A program made the translations under genes and the position numbers. Shown here in pieces: positions 19,626-30,617 of a stretch of 64,000 nucleotides of DNA (its first letter is position 1; each line of letters opens with the position of its first letter). The notes below the pieces were generated by a model. The model did no database searches, was not told the origin of the DNA, and was given only the letters and a program-made list of their open reading frames with translations. Source of the DNA: Candidatus Bathyarchaeota archaeon (GTDB lineage: Archaea; Thermoproteota; Bathyarchaeia; Bathyarchaeales; Bathycorpusculaceae); assembly GCA_963715865.1 (NCBI GenBank), contig OY970280.1, positions 384,001 through 448,000 of the forward strand, given 5' to 3'.

Positions 19626-20906
19626 TTGATTATCGATGACATCGTAAAAGTGGTTTATGCGCCTCAGAAAGCATTCAAGCAATTAATTGAGAACCCAAAA
19701 TACTTGGGCACACTACTAATTCTGCTTCTTTTCATAGGCATACAAGTTGGGTATGAGTACGCGCAGTTTTCGAAAACTTACACTGAGCAGACATCGCCCA
19801 CGGTTGACCAGTTACCAGCATATACCAACGCGACTTTATGGCGAAGCGGTACGGGAATAGCATTAAGCAACAATTACAATGACTACTTCAACTACAGCGT
19901 TTACGTTGCAGCGCTTGGCACTACACCGACAGATCCGCAGGGATATTATAGTTTATTTGGAAACAGCAGCTTGGAAATTGATGCTGTAAACACAAACAAT
20001 ATATCAGCAGCTTTAGGCGACGCTTTCAACGTTGACTGCAGTGCCAGTGGCTTCCAAAACCTTTCAATGACAATAAAAATGGTGGCGCCTCAAACTGCAC
20101 CTCAAAACGCAGCTTTAACCCTGTACTCACTTAATGACTCCAACTACTACACATACGACTTAACATCTTCCTTATCAAACACGACAGCAATTGGCTTATG
20201 GCAAAACTTAACCATCCCAGTTGGGTCAGCTGCCCAAGGTTGGACTAGTGGTGGTGCACCTACTTGGGGTAATGTGACAGCTCTAAAACTAGACTTCAAC
20301 TACCTAGCTAATTCCAACATAACCATACGTATCGGCGCATTATTCTTCCGCGGTCAATATCAAACGCCCATCGAGTACAATAACACTGGACTTCTGCTAC
20401 AGTTTTTGCAAGTGTTCTCCTTACAGTTCATTTTCAGCTGGTTCCTGTTGACAGGGCTGATTTACCTATTCTTTAAAGGGCTAAAAACCAACGTGGCTTG
20501 GAAACCTATTTTTGTTGCTTTAGCTTTTGCTTTGTTCGTAATGGTTATTCGAGCATTAGTAAATCTTGTCGCAGCACTTACTTTGCCACCAGTTTATTAT
20601 CCCTTTGACCTTTCGCTTGGCGTACGTTTTGACGCTTTTGGATCAGTATTTTATCCTCCAGAGGCAGTAGGCACCCTATCAGCGCAGTCTCAAGCAATTT
20701 TCAGCAGTGCTGATTCGTTGACTTCAGCTTTCAGATTTGTAACTTCGGGAATATTTTACGTCGCATACGTGTGGTTAGGCGCCTTATGCACTATAATCGT
20801 TGGAACACTGAAACCAGAGTTTTCAATGGTGAAGAGAATAGTGATATCCGGTGTCAGCATAGCAGTCACAATTTTGCTATTGCTTTTGCTGGTGGGTATT
20901 GCTTAA
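19626..20906 (+). CDS. Yip1-like membrane protein with a large extracytoplasmic insert
   Basis: IVKVVYAPQKAFKQL N-terminus, TM1, a ~200 aa Asn/Ser/Thr-rich beta domain, then several TMs. Confidence 0.6.
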   Translation: MIIDDIVKVVYAPQKAFKQLIENPKYLGTLLILLLFIGIQVGYEYAQFSKTYTEQTSPTVDQLPAYTNATLWRSGTGIALSNNYNDYFNYSVYVAALGTTPTDPQGYYSLFGNSSLEIDAVNTNNISAALGDAFNVDCSASGFQNLSMTIKMVAPQTAPQNAALTLYSLNDSNYYTYDLTSSLSNTTAIGLWQNLTIPVGSAAQGWTSGGAPTWGNVTALKLDFNYLANSNITIRIGALFFRGQYQTPIEYNNTGLLLQFLQVFSLQFIFSWFLLTGLIYLFFKGLKTNVAWKPIFVALAFALFVMVIRALVNLVAALTLPPVYYPFDLSLGVRFDAFGSVFYPPEAVGTLSAQSQAIFSSADSLTSAFRFVTSGIFYVAYVWLGALCTIIVGTLKPEFSMVKRIVISGVSIAVTILLLLLLVGIA

Positions 20907-21044
20907 ACCAACGCAAGACAATCTCCTTAATTTTTTCCATTTTTTATAGCTGAAGCAGGCGCAGTTAGCAAGATTTATATGATTGAAGGTCAACTTTGCA
21001 AGTGAAAACCCTTAGCAAGGAATTTACACTTTAGGTGACTGAAA

Positions 21045-21338
21045 ATGGTTGCAATTAAGGATTTGAAGAATGGAATGAAACAGGTTAGCGTTGAAGCGAA
21101 AGTTGTTGAAAAAGGCGACCCGCGAGAAGTTAAATCACGATTCAAAGATGAGACTTACAAGATAGTTGATGCTGTAGTTGCAGACGAGACAGGCAGCATA
21201 AAACTGACATTGTGGAATGAGCAGATTGACCAAGTCAACGTTGGCGATAACATTAAAATTGACAACGGTTACATTACCAGTTTTAAGGGTGAAATCCAGC
21301 TTAACGTTGGGAAATTTGGAAAATTAACTGTTGAGTAA
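21045..21338 (+). CDS. Single OB-fold ssDNA-binding protein (SSB/RPA-like)
   Basis: IKDLKNGM..V.VEAKV, VADETGSIKLTLWNEQ, G.IQLNVGKFG. Confidence 0.88.
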   Translation: MVAIKDLKNGMKQVSVEAKVVEKGDPREVKSRFKDETYKIVDAVVADETGSIKLTLWNEQIDQVNVGDNIKIDNGYITSFKGEIQLNVGKFGKLTVE

Positions 21339-21573
21339 AGCACCAGTTACCGTTATCTATCAGTCTTAAAACATCTACCTCAAAGTAATATATGACGGGT
21401 TATTTGTTGGTGCACTGGTAGCGTTTGGTTTAAAACGTTGGCAGTTTCACCGATTAAAAGCGCGCAGGAAAAACGGTGAGTTAAGTCTGAAGCGAATAGT
21501 AAAGGGTTGAAATAACTAACTTTTTAGAAAAAATTTATTAATTCAATTCTTAATTGGGACATTCCTTGTTTAT

Positions 21574-24500
21574 TTGCGGAGAAGCAACATGCAGTTCAAA
21601 CTTATAGCGCCATACCAAGCCTCACCAGGGCAGGAAGCGGCAGTAGAACAGTTAGTGAACAACTTCTCCAAAAAAGAAAAACAAACCCTTCTCGGAATCA
21701 CCGGAAGCGGCAAAAGCGTCATATCAGATACAGATATTGTAATAAAGAAAAATGGCGTTCACTCAAAAGAAAAAATAGGGTTGCTAATAGACAGCATCAT
21801 CGCGGAAAATGAAAGCAAAGTAAAAATGGTGACTGGAACAGAGGTTTTGGATGCCTGTGAAGTTGAGGATGTCTATGAAGCTTACAGTTTCAATCCAGAA
21901 AGCAAAAAATCGGGATGGAACCGGGTAGAGCAATTTATCCGTCACAAATCCCCTAATAATCTTTATAGAATAAAAAGCTCATGCGGAAGAGAAGTTGTAA
22001 TTACAGGAGATCATAATTTCTTCGCGCTTAGAGATGGGAAGCTATTGCTTTTGAAAACTACAGACCTCAAGAATGAAGATTTCTTGCCCATTCCAAACAA
22101 GATCGAGGAACCAGCAAAGCTCTTGGAGAGCATTTCTGTAGAAAGTATTTGTTCAGAATTAAAATCATTCGCTTCATTGCCAAATCTTGCAGTTTCACTA
22201 GAAAACAACAAGAAAAGAATAACCTCTCTGATACCTTACTCAAAACTATACAGAATCTTACATTTCAATGAAAGGGTTCAATACAAAACCTACAAAGAGC
22301 TACTTGATATCGATCCTATATCTTGTAAGGGGGCGAAATTTGGGCTTTTTCATGGCGATAAGGATTTGCCGCTTAATATCAAAATAACTGATGATTTTCT
22401 TAGATTTTTAGGGTATTATATCGCAGAAGGTCATGGAGAAAAAGAGTATTTTATTATATCATCTGGCAATGAAGCGATTATCTCGGATTTTCTCCAGACC
22501 ATCGATAAATTAAGAATTCACAGTTCTAAACGTCCTGAGACTTACGATTATGTCTGTTATTCCACTTTCTATACATCGGTTATCAAAGCTTGGTGCGGCA
22601 GAGATTCTGGCTCCAAGCACCTTCCCCATTTCTGGATGCAACTTTCCAATAAGCAGCTTGCTAATCTGCTTATGGCTTATTTCTCAGGCGATGGATGCGT
22701 TAATGCAAAAACCGTATCATGCCTAACAAAAAGTAAACAGTTAGCATCCGACATAGCTTATTCGCTTCTTCGTTTTGGCATTGTTACACGAACTAGAAAA
22801 AGAATGGTACTTCTCCCACGAAAGAAAAAACGACTACCTTATTTTGAAATATGTATTTCAGGGCAAAAATTCTTGAAAATATTCAAGACAGAAATAGGAT
22901 TCGTGCAAAAGATAAAAAATGAAGCTCTGGAAAAGATTACATCAGGTTTAGGCAATACCAACGTTGACATTATTCCGGCGAATTCTTTGATCAAGAAAAC
23001 AAGAGAAGCTTTGAAAATCTTTCAAAAAGACCTATCTTCTTTAGCTGGCGTCAACCAGTCGTATATATCCATGATTGAAAATGGTCAAAGAATGCCTTCG
23101 AGAGACGTTACAAAAAAGATAGTTGCGGCTTTTTACCATTTAGCCAAGCAAAAAAACATGAGTGAAATATCTGTAGACATAGCCAGATTGGATAGTTTAC
23201 TTGAGATTTTCTGGTCTCCAATATCAAAAATTGAACGTATTGAAGGCGAAGAATTTGTTTATGACCTATCTGTGGAAAGCAATGAAACTTTCCTAGCGGG
23301 AACCGGAGGGCTATTTCTTCATAACACTTTTGTCATGGCTAACTTGATTAACAGGCTTCAGAAGCCAACGCTCATTATCGCACATAACAAGACGTTGGCG
23401 GCGCAGCTTTACGGTGAATTAAAAGAGCTTTTTCCCCACAACCGAGTGGAATACTTCATTTCATTTTACGACTACTACCAGCCAGAATCATATTTGCCAG
23501 CCCAAGACATGTACATCGAGAAAGACTCAACCGTAAATGAGCAAATAGAAAAAATGCGCATGCATGCCGTATCCAGCATCGTAAGCCGAAACGACACGAT
23601 AATAGTAGCCAGCATAAGCTGCATTTACAGTCTTGGAAACCCTGACGACTTCAGAACCATGGCCGCCGAATTAGAGGTTGGAAAGCAGACCACAAGGCAG
23701 GAACTCATCCATGCCCTAGTAGACATGCAATACGAGCGAAACGATATGGTGCTTGAAGCGGGCAGGTTCCGTGTTCGGGGCGACGTGTTGGATGTTGTGC
23801 CTTCCTACGAGAATGATATTTTACGTGTTGAACTTGAAGGAAACCGAATCAGCAAAATCAAAGAGGTCAACCTGTTGACGGGTGACGTGAAGGTAACTCT
23901 TGATAGGCTTACGCTTTATCCTGCTCGCCAGTACGTGGTGCCTGAAGAGAAACATGCCCTCGCGCTTGAGCATATAAAGCAAGAATTAGAAGAGAGATTG
24001 CCCCAGCTTCCTCCGCTTGAGGCTCAACGGCTTAAACAACGAACAAACTACGATTTAGAAATGATTAAGGAAGTCGGCTTCTGCGCAGGAATGGAAAATT
24101 ACAGCAGACACTTCGATGGACGCAATTCTGGCGAGCCACCGTTCACGTTGATGGATTACTTCCCTAAAGATTACCTCTTGATTATTGATGAGAGCCACCA
24201 AACCATTCCTCAAGCACACGCCATGTACAACGGTGACTACTCAAGAAAAAAGAACCTTGTAGACTTCGGCTTCAGACTACCCAGCGCACTTGACAACAGA
24301 CCACTCAGGTTTGAAGAGTTCGAGCGGAAAATGGGCAAAACACTCTTCGTCTCCGCAACCCCAGCCGAATACGAACTAGAAAAAAGTCGTCCACCAGTGG
24401 AATTAATCACTCGACCAACCGGGCTTTTGGACCCTGAGGTTGAGCTTCATTCTATAGCTGGACAGATGCAGCATTTGATGCAGGAAGCAAAGAAAACCAT

Positions 24501-25143
24501 CGAGCGAGGCGACCGCATCCTAATCACAACCCTAACAAAGCGGATGGCTGAAGATTTAGCGGATTACCTTGCTAAAGAAGGCTTCCGCGTAAGGTACATG
24601 CATTCTGAAATCGAAAGCTTAGACCGAATAGAACTTGTACGGCAACTGCGAGTCGGCGAATTCGACATTTTGGTCGGAATTAACCTCCTGCGTGAAGGCT
24701 TAGACATTCCAGAGGTTGCAACAATTTTCATTTTAGACGCCGACAAAGAAGGTTTCCTGCGAGATGAACGAAGCCTGATACAAACCATTGGGCGCGCATC
24801 AAGAAACGTCAACGGCAAAGTAATACTCTACGCCGATGTTGAAACAGCGTCGATTAAGCGAGCCATGAAAATCACCAGGTACAGACGCCAATTCCAGAAA
24901 CGCTTCAACCAGCTTCACCATATCACGCCTAAGACGATAGTGAAGAGTGTCTCTTTGAAAGAGGGCACGATTAAGGGTACCAAACACTTGGCGAAATCGG
25001 ACATTAAGCGCCAGTTGGTTGAGCTTGATGCGCAAATGAGGGAAGCCGCAGAGAAGCTGGAGTTTGAGCGGGCTATTGAGCTTAGGGATGCTATTGCAGA
25101 GTTGAATAGGGCGTTGTCTAAGAAGGTGGAAAGTGAGCGTTAA
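21574..25143 (+). CDS. uvrB: Excinuclease ABC subunit B, intein-containing
   Basis: GITGSGK|TFVMAN, HNKTLAAQLY, YYDYYQPE, IDESH, VSATP, INLLREGLDIPEV, QTIGRASRN, C-terminal UVR coiled coil. Start may be ATG 21589. Confidence 0.96.
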   Translation: MRRSNMQFKLIAPYQASPGQEAAVEQLVNNFSKKEKQTLLGITGSGKSVISDTDIVIKKNGVHSKEKIGLLIDSIIAENESKVKMVTGTEVLDACEVEDVYEAYSFNPESKKSGWNRVEQFIRHKSPNNLYRIKSSCGREVVITGDHNFFALRDGKLLLLKTTDLKNEDFLPIPNKIEEPAKLLESISVESICSELKSFASLPNLAVSLENNKKRITSLIPYSKLYRILHFNERVQYKTYKELLDIDPISCKGAKFGLFHGDKDLPLNIKITDDFLRFLGYYIAEGHGEKEYFIISSGNEAIISDFLQTIDKLRIHSSKRPETYDYVCYSTFYTSVIKAWCGRDSGSKHLPHFWMQLSNKQLANLLMAYFSGDGCVNAKTVSCLTKSKQLASDIAYSLLRFGIVTRTRKRMVLLPRKKKRLPYFEICISGQKFLKIFKTEIGFVQKIKNEALEKITSGLGNTNVDIIPANSLIKKTREALKIFQKDLSSLAGVNQSYISMIENGQRMPSRDVTKKIVAAFYHLAKQKNMSEISVDIARLDSLLEIFWSPISKIERIEGEEFVYDLSVESNETFLAGTGGLFLHNTFVMANLINRLQKPTLIIAHNKTLAAQLYGELKELFPHNRVEYFISFYDYYQPESYLPAQDMYIEKDSTVNEQIEKMRMHAVSSIVSRNDTIIVASISCIYSLGNPDDFRTMAAELEVGKQTTRQELIHALVDMQYERNDMVLEAGRFRVRGDVLDVVPSYENDILRVELEGNRISKIKEVNLLTGDVKVTLDRLTLYPARQYVVPEEKHALALEHIKQELEERLPQLPPLEAQRLKQRTNYDLEMIKEVGFCAGMENYSRHFDGRNSGEPPFTLMDYFPKDYLLIIDESHQTIPQAHAMYNGDYSRKKNLVDFGFRLPSALDNRPLRFEEFERKMGKTLFVSATPAEYELEKSRPPVELITRPTGLLDPEVELHSIAGQMQHLMQEAKKTIERGDRILITTLTKRMAEDLADYLAKEGFRVRYMHSEIESLDRIELVRQLRVGEFDILVGINLLREGLDIPEVATIFILDADKEGFLRDERSLIQTIGRASRNVNGKVILYADVETASIKRAMKITRYRRQFQKRFNQLHHITPKTIVKSVSLKEGTIKGTKHLAKSDIKRQLVELDAQMREAAEKLEFERAIELRDAIAELNRALSKKVESER
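21715..23325 (+). mobile_element. Intein (537 aa) with LAGLIDADG endonuclease and an XRE-type HTH
   Basis: Starts SVISDTD after Walker A Lys; block B TGDHNF; LGYYIAEG and AYFSGDG; block F VYDLSV; ends LHN followed by Thr; removal restores GSGKTF. Confidence 0.95.
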
Positions 25144-25239
25144 ACCAAGAAATTGAGGGCTTTGAAGCAAAAAGGTTGAAATCTTTCATGCTTAAACAAG
25201 TTACAATTTACAGAAGCGGAGTAGGAAACGGTTTACGTT

Positions 25240-28140
25240 ATGAGAGATAACATTTCAATTAAGGGTGCAAGAGAGCACAACCTCAAAAACATAGATGTAG
25301 AGTTGCCCAGAAACAAGTTTATAGTGATTACTGGGCTCTCAGGCTCCGGAAAATCCACCCTAGCCTTCGACACTATTTACGCTGAAGGCCAAAGAAGATA
25401 TGTTGAAAGCCTATCTGCCTACGCAAGACAATTTCTCGGCTTAATGGATAAGCCAGATGTTGACTCGATTGAAGGGTTATCTCCAGCAATCTCCATTGAA
25501 CAGAAAAGCACCAGCAAAAATCCCCGCTCAACCGTTGGCACAGTCACTGAAATATACGATTACCTCAGGCTGCTTTACGCGCGCATTGGTACACATCACT
25601 GCCCAAAATGCGGTAGTTCAATTCATCCTCAGAGCCCTGAAAACATAACCAGTTTAATTATGGCTGAGAAAGAAAAAACACTCATTTTCCTAGCACCAAT
25701 AATTCGGGGAATAAAAGGCACACATGAACAAGTTTTTGACGACCTCAAAAAACAAGGCTACACCAAAATTCGCGTTGACCAAAAAATTTACGATTCAGAC
25801 ACAATTAAAGAAGAAGTTAAACTTCTGCGTTATGAGAAGCACTGGATTGAAGCCGTTATTGACACAGTGAAAATTGTCGATGAGGAGCGCTCACGTATTT
25901 CTGAAGACGTGGAGCAGGCGCTTCAAGTAGGCAAAGGAACCATGATAGTCATTGACGCCCAAAAAGCTGACGCGGAAAAGAAGAAGGAGCTTGAACGCTT
26001 TGAAGATGAAACAATGTTCAGCACTTTTGGAGCCTGCCCTAACCATCCAGAAATAGTATTTGAAAGTCTCGAGCCGCGCATGTTCTCGTTCAACTCGCCC
26101 TTTGGCGCTTGCCCAAGCTGCCACGGCTTAGGTGAAATCACAGAAATTTCCGAAGATTTAGTGATTCCGGACAAGAATCTCTCTATTATGGATGGAGCTT
26201 TAGCTGTTTACGGCGGAATGGACCTTAGCTGGCGGGCACAGCAGCTTGCGACGGTGGGCAAAAAACACGGATTCGACGTTTTCACTCAAATGAAGGATTT
26301 GACAGAACAGCAACTGCACGTGCTTTTGTACGGCGACAAAGAACCATTGAACGGTCATTGGTCAAATGGGGCAAACATGTGGATGCGTGACGGTTGGGAA
26401 GGTGTAATCCCGCAAACGGCGAGGCTTTACCGTCAAACTGAAAGTGAATGGCGGAAAGAAGACATTGAAAAGTTCATGACCTCTAGGCCCTGTAACGCGT
26501 GCAAAGGGAAAAAATTGCAGCCAGTAGTGCTAGCCGTAAAAATACTGGACAAAAGCATCATCGACGTTACAGATCTCTCAATCGAAGAAGCGGTTGACTT
26601 CTTCCACAACTTACCAGCCAAACTTAACGAGAAAGAATTAGCCATTGCCAAGCAAGTGCTCAAGGAAATCAACGAGCGATTGGGCTTTCTTAAGAATGTT
26701 GGTTTAGGCTATCTTTCGCTTTCTCGTGCGGCAAGAACACTTTCAAGCGGTGAAGCCCAAAGGATTCGTTTGGCTACGCAAATTGGCAGTAACTTGATGG
26801 GTGTATTGTACATTCTTGATGAACCCAGCATTGGTTTGCATCAAAGGGATAACGCTAAACTCATAAGCACACTTCACCGCTTACGCGATTTAGGCAACAC
26901 GCTGATTGTTGTAGAACATGATGAAGAAACCATACGCAATGCAGACCATATTGTCGACATGGGACCCGGCGCAGGAGTCCACGGAGGACACGTTGTCGCA
27001 GAAGGCTCACCAGCTGAAATCATGGCAAATAAGCGAAGCCTCACAGGCAAGTACCTTTCGGGCGAATTAAAGATTGAATTGCCAACGACAAGGCGAAAAC
27101 CTGTTGGCTACATCAACGTTAAAGGTGCGGAAGAAAACAATCTTAAAAAACTAACTTTGCAATTGCCGTTAGGAGTATTATGTGGAGTTACTGGTGTTTC
27201 TGGTTCTGGCAAGAGTACACTGATGAATTTGACTGTTATTCCGCTTTTGCGGCAAATGTTCGGCGAACACGTCGATAAAGTAGGCAAACACGAATCGATT
27301 GATGTCCCAAAGTTAGTCAGGAATGTCATAGTTATCAATCAAGACCCAATTGGAAGGACACCGAGGAGTAATCCTGCAACTTACACTAAGCTTTTTGATG
27401 AAATTAGGCGCATTTTTGCTTCAACTAAAGAGGCAAGAGCACATGGTTACAAGGAAGGAAGGTTCAGCTTTAACGTGAAAGGCGGCAGGTGTGAAACCTG
27501 TCAAGGCGACGGCGTATTGCGTATCGAAATGAACTTCCTGCCTGATGTTTACGTGCAATGTAGCGAGTGCAAGGGAAAACGTTACAATAAGGAAACCTTA
27601 AGCGTTCTTTACAAGGGCAAGAATATTGCTGAAGTGTTGGATATGACTGTGGAGGAAGCGGCGAAGTTCTTTGAGAATACTCCAAGGATTTCACGCAAAC
27701 TTGGCACGCTCTTAGACGTTGGGCTTGGGTACATTAAACTTGGGCAAAGTTCAACCACATTGTCTGGTGGAGAAAGCCAACGCATCAAAATTACGCGTGA
27801 ACTTAGCAAACACAAAGTTGGGCACGTCGTTTACATGCTTGACGAACCTACCACGGGTTTGCATTTTGATGATACTAAACGGTTGATTAAAGTGTTAAAT
27901 CGGCTTGTTGACAACGGCAACACCGTTTACATCATCGAACATAACCTTGACGTCATTAAAAGCTGCGATTATCTAATTGATCTGGGTCCTGAAGGCGGAG
28001 CTGCTGGCGGTGAAGTACTGGCTCAGGGAAGGCCTGAGGAAGTTGCACAAAACGATGGGTCTTATACGGGTAAGTTTTTGAAAAAAATACTTAACCGCCA
28101 GCAAGAAGAAAATAGTTTGGCAGTGAAGCAGTCTGCATGA
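25240..28140 (+). CDS. uvrA: Excinuclease ABC subunit A
   Basis: GAREHNLKN, two Walker A motifs ([16 protein letters not shown]), zinc fingers, LDEPSIGLH and LDEPTTGLH. Confidence 0.97.
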   Translation: MRDNISIKGAREHNLKNIDVELPRNKFIVITGLSGSGKSTLAFDTIYAEGQRRYVESLSAYARQFLGLMDKPDVDSIEGLSPAISIEQKSTSKNPRSTVGTVTEIYDYLRLLYARIGTHHCPKCGSSIHPQSPENITSLIMAEKEKTLIFLAPIIRGIKGTHEQVFDDLKKQGYTKIRVDQKIYDSDTIKEEVKLLRYEKHWIEAVIDTVKIVDEERSRISEDVEQALQVGKGTMIVIDAQKADAEKKKELERFEDETMFSTFGACPNHPEIVFESLEPRMFSFNSPFGACPSCHGLGEITEISEDLVIPDKNLSIMDGALAVYGGMDLSWRAQQLATVGKKHGFDVFTQMKDLTEQQLHVLLYGDKEPLNGHWSNGANMWMRDGWEGVIPQTARLYRQTESEWRKEDIEKFMTSRPCNACKGKKLQPVVLAVKILDKSIIDVTDLSIEEAVDFFHNLPAKLNEKELAIAKQVLKEINERLGFLKNVGLGYLSLSRAARTLSSGEAQRIRLATQIGSNLMGVLYILDEPSIGLHQRDNAKLISTLHRLRDLGNTLIVVEHDEETIRNADHIVDMGPGAGVHGGHVVAEGSPAEIMANKRSLTGKYLSGELKIELPTTRRKPVGYINVKGAEENNLKKLTLQLPLGVLCGVTGVSGSGKSTLMNLTVIPLLRQMFGEHVDKVGKHESIDVPKLVRNVIVINQDPIGRTPRSNPATYTKLFDEIRRIFASTKEARAHGYKEGRFSFNVKGGRCETCQGDGVLRIEMNFLPDVYVQCSECKGKRYNKETLSVLYKGKNIAEVLDMTVEEAAKFFENTPRISRKLGTLLDVGLGYIKLGQSSTTLSGGESQRIKITRELSKHKVGHVVYMLDEPTTGLHFDDTKRLIKVLNRLVDNGNTVYIIEHNLDVIKSCDYLIDLGPEGGAAGGEVLAQGRPEEVAQNDGSYTGKFLKKILNRQQEENSLAVKQSA

Positions 28141-29741
28141 TCCAAATAACTAACCCCTCAGACTTCAAAAGCTCAGATATGCCAACAAACCCGGGAGTTT
28201 ACCTTTTCAAAGACGAGCAAGGCGAAATCCTATACATCGGTAAAGCCAAAAGCCTGCGGGCGCGTGTCAAAAGCTACTTTTCAAACACAGACCAACCAGC
28301 GAAAACACGGCAGTTAGTTTCTAGGATTCGAAATATCGACTGGATTATTGTGAACAATGAGGTTGAAGCTTTGCTTTTGGAGAACAAGCTGGTTAAGCAG
28401 CACACGCCTAAGTATAATATTGACCTTAAGGATGCTAAAACCTACGCTTACATCTCACTCTCAAGAGAAGCTTTTCCGAGGATACTTACCAGCCGCAAAG
28501 TTTCACGCAAACTCGAATCCTTCGGACCCTACACTGACGGGTTTACAAGGCAGGATCTTCAGCGCTTAGTTGTAAGAGTATTCAAACTGCGCACTTGCAA
28601 GACGATGCCGAAACGCGCGTGCTTAAACTCTCACATTCACTTGTGCACTGCACCATGCATTGGAAACGTCACCGCTGAACAATACTTAGAGCAGGTTAAG
28701 CAAGCGCGCTCCTTTTTGAACGGAAACTATCAGCAAACAATCGAACAGCTCAAGTCTCAAATGCAGGCTGCCTCTGTAGAGCAGAAGTATGAAGGGGCCC
28801 TTGAGCTTCGCAACCAAATCGCTTCCATTAGGCTTTTGACGGAGCATCAGATTGTGGATAATGAGAGGCGGTTTGACCAGGACGTTTTGGTGTTCAAGCA
28901 GTTTGGCGAGAAAATGCTTGCTGTCCAGATGGGAGTGCGAAGAGGCGTTTTACTTGGCAAAAAAGAGTTCAGTGTTGACGTTCAGCCTCAGATTGAGCAG
29001 GAATTTTTGAAGGCTTTTTACACGACCAACCACATTCCGCGTGAGATATTGTTGAATAAGCCTTGTTGGCAAGGAACCGAAGAGAAAAAAGCCCTGGAAG
29101 AGTTCCTTTCAGCAAAAAGGTGTGCGCCTGTTTCGTTGACGATTCCCAGGCGAGCGGATAAACTTGCACTTGTAAAGCTTGCTGAGAAAAACCTTGAGTC
29201 CACCTTAGAAGTTGATAGTGCACTGGTTGATTTGCAGACTGAGTTTAATCTTCCAGTGTTGCCGCGCGTGATAGAGTGCTTTGACATTTCCAATTTGGGG
29301 CAGGAGCACGTGGTTTCAGGCATGGTAAGCTTCAAGGATGCGAAGCCTGACAAGAGTAACTACCGTAAATTCAAAATCAAAACTTTCGAGGGGCAGGACG
29401 ATTTCGCTGCCGTCAACGAAGTCGTCATGAGAAGGTACAGGCGTTTGATAGAAGAAAAAAGCCAACTGCCCGATTTAGTGGTTGTTGACGGAGGACCAGG
29501 GCAGGTTAGCGCTGCCAAAGCGGCTTTGCAATCGCTTGGGCTTCAGCTTCCGCTTATTGGTTTAGCTAAGGAGCATGAGGAAATTTATTTGCCTGATGAG
29601 TCTGCGCCTAGAAATTTTGATAAGAACAGTAGGATGATGCTTCTTTTGCGAAGGGTTCGTGATGCAGCTCATGAGTTTTCGCTGGGTTATAACCGAAAGA
29701 GAAGACAGATGAAAATCAAGGAAGAGTTCAAATCGGGTTAA
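28137..29741 (+). CDS. uvrC: Excinuclease ABC subunit C
   Basis: GIY-YIG (PGVYLF..YIGKAKSLR.RV.SYF), IECFDIS, DDFA, VVDGGPGQ, RVRDAAH; ends without the usual C-terminal HhH pair. Confidence 0.95.
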   Translation: MIQITNPSDFKSSDMPTNPGVYLFKDEQGEILYIGKAKSLRARVKSYFSNTDQPAKTRQLVSRIRNIDWIIVNNEVEALLLENKLVKQHTPKYNIDLKDAKTYAYISLSREAFPRILTSRKVSRKLESFGPYTDGFTRQDLQRLVVRVFKLRTCKTMPKRACLNSHIHLCTAPCIGNVTAEQYLEQVKQARSFLNGNYQQTIEQLKSQMQAASVEQKYEGALELRNQIASIRLLTEHQIVDNERRFDQDVLVFKQFGEKMLAVQMGVRRGVLLGKKEFSVDVQPQIEQEFLKAFYTTNHIPREILLNKPCWQGTEEKKALEEFLSAKRCAPVSLTIPRRADKLALVKLAEKNLESTLEVDSALVDLQTEFNLPVLPRVIECFDISNLGQEHVVSGMVSFKDAKPDKSNYRKFKIKTFEGQDDFAAVNEVVMRRYRRLIEEKSQLPDLVVVDGGPGQVSAAKAALQSLGLQLPLIGLAKEHEEIYLPDESAPRNFDKNSRMMLLLRRVRDAAHEFSLGYNRKRRQMKIKEEFKSG

Positions 29742-29833
29742 CTTGCCAATCTAATTAAAAAATAGAAACGCGTGGTTTTCTATAAATCGCAAATAAGCTG
29801 CGCAAAATTTTTACATGGCTATTTTGACGATGG

Positions 29834-29863
29834 TGGCGGGCCCGACGGGAATTGAACCCGCGG
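29834..29863 (-). repeat. att-like direct repeat: 30-bp copy of the tRNA-Lys 3' end
   Basis: TGGCGGGCCCGACGGGAATTGAACCCGCGG is identical to 33131-33160. Confidence 0.93.
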
Positions 29864-29948
29864 GTATAGTTGATTTGGCGAAAGCGCTGGTTGGGACTCA
29901 TGAACGAAACGCTAAGGATCCTGAGTATTTCTCAATTTTATGTATCTA

Positions 29949-29966
29949 CCTTAAAAGTTTTTAAGG
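29949..29966. promoter_or_regulatory. Inverted repeat CCTTAAAA-gt-TTTTAAGG over the abiEi promoter
   Basis: Perfect 8-bp arms ending 22 nt before the ATG and overlapping a TATA-like TTTTAA. Confidence 0.45.
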
Positions 29967-29987
29967 GTTGTTATATAAGTAACTACT

Positions 29988-30617
29988 ATGAAAAAGTTAA
30001 CGCGGTACATCTTATCAAAATTTGGCGGAAACGTAGCAACCAAAGACGAAATAAAAGAAGCCTGTAAACGCTTTGATTCCGACCCGGACAGCACGACAAA
30101 TTTCATGATATCATACGGGTATCTCGTGAGAATTCTTAGAGGACTCTATTACGTAAAGACCGTGGAAGAGTTTGAGCTTAAGAAATCGCCAGGTGCTTAT
30201 AAAATTCTTTTCCTCGGCCTAAATAAGCTTAAGGTCAAATGGTACTTTGGACTATACACCGGTTTAAGACTTAACGGTTTAACACATGAATTCTTTGATA
30301 CAATTTTCGTTCTCAACGACCAGATTTATCGTCCTAAAGCGATAAAAATAGCAGGAGAAAAGGTCAAATTTGTCAAGTTGACAGGCAAACTCGTTGAGTT
30401 TGGCATAGTGAACGAAGATTATAAAAGATTTTCCGATGTTGAAAAGACTCTTCTGGACCTCATTTACATTTCTAGGTATCGTTCTGTTCCAGAAGGAAGA
30501 ATAACTTCCATGATTGAGGAACATAAGGAAGAAGTGCGAACCGCCAAAGTTTTAGATTACTTGAGGTTTTATCCCAAAGCGGTAGAAAAGGTGGTTAAAT
30601 CTGCTGGACTTATCTGA
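29988..30617 (+). CDS. Type IV TA antitoxin, AbiEi-like
   Basis: N-terminal wHTH with YLVRILRGLYY, YFGLYTGLRLNGLT, FSDVEKTLLD; overlaps the AbiEii gene. Confidence 0.78.
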   Translation: MKKLTRYILSKFGGNVATKDEIKEACKRFDSDPDSTTNFMISYGYLVRILRGLYYVKTVEEFELKKSPGAYKILFLGLNKLKVKWYFGLYTGLRLNGLTHEFFDTIFVLNDQIYRPKAIKIAGEKVKFVKLTGKLVEFGIVNEDYKRFSDVEKTLLDLIYISRYRSVPEGRITSMIEEHKEEVRTAKVLDYLRFYPKAVEKVVKSAGLI

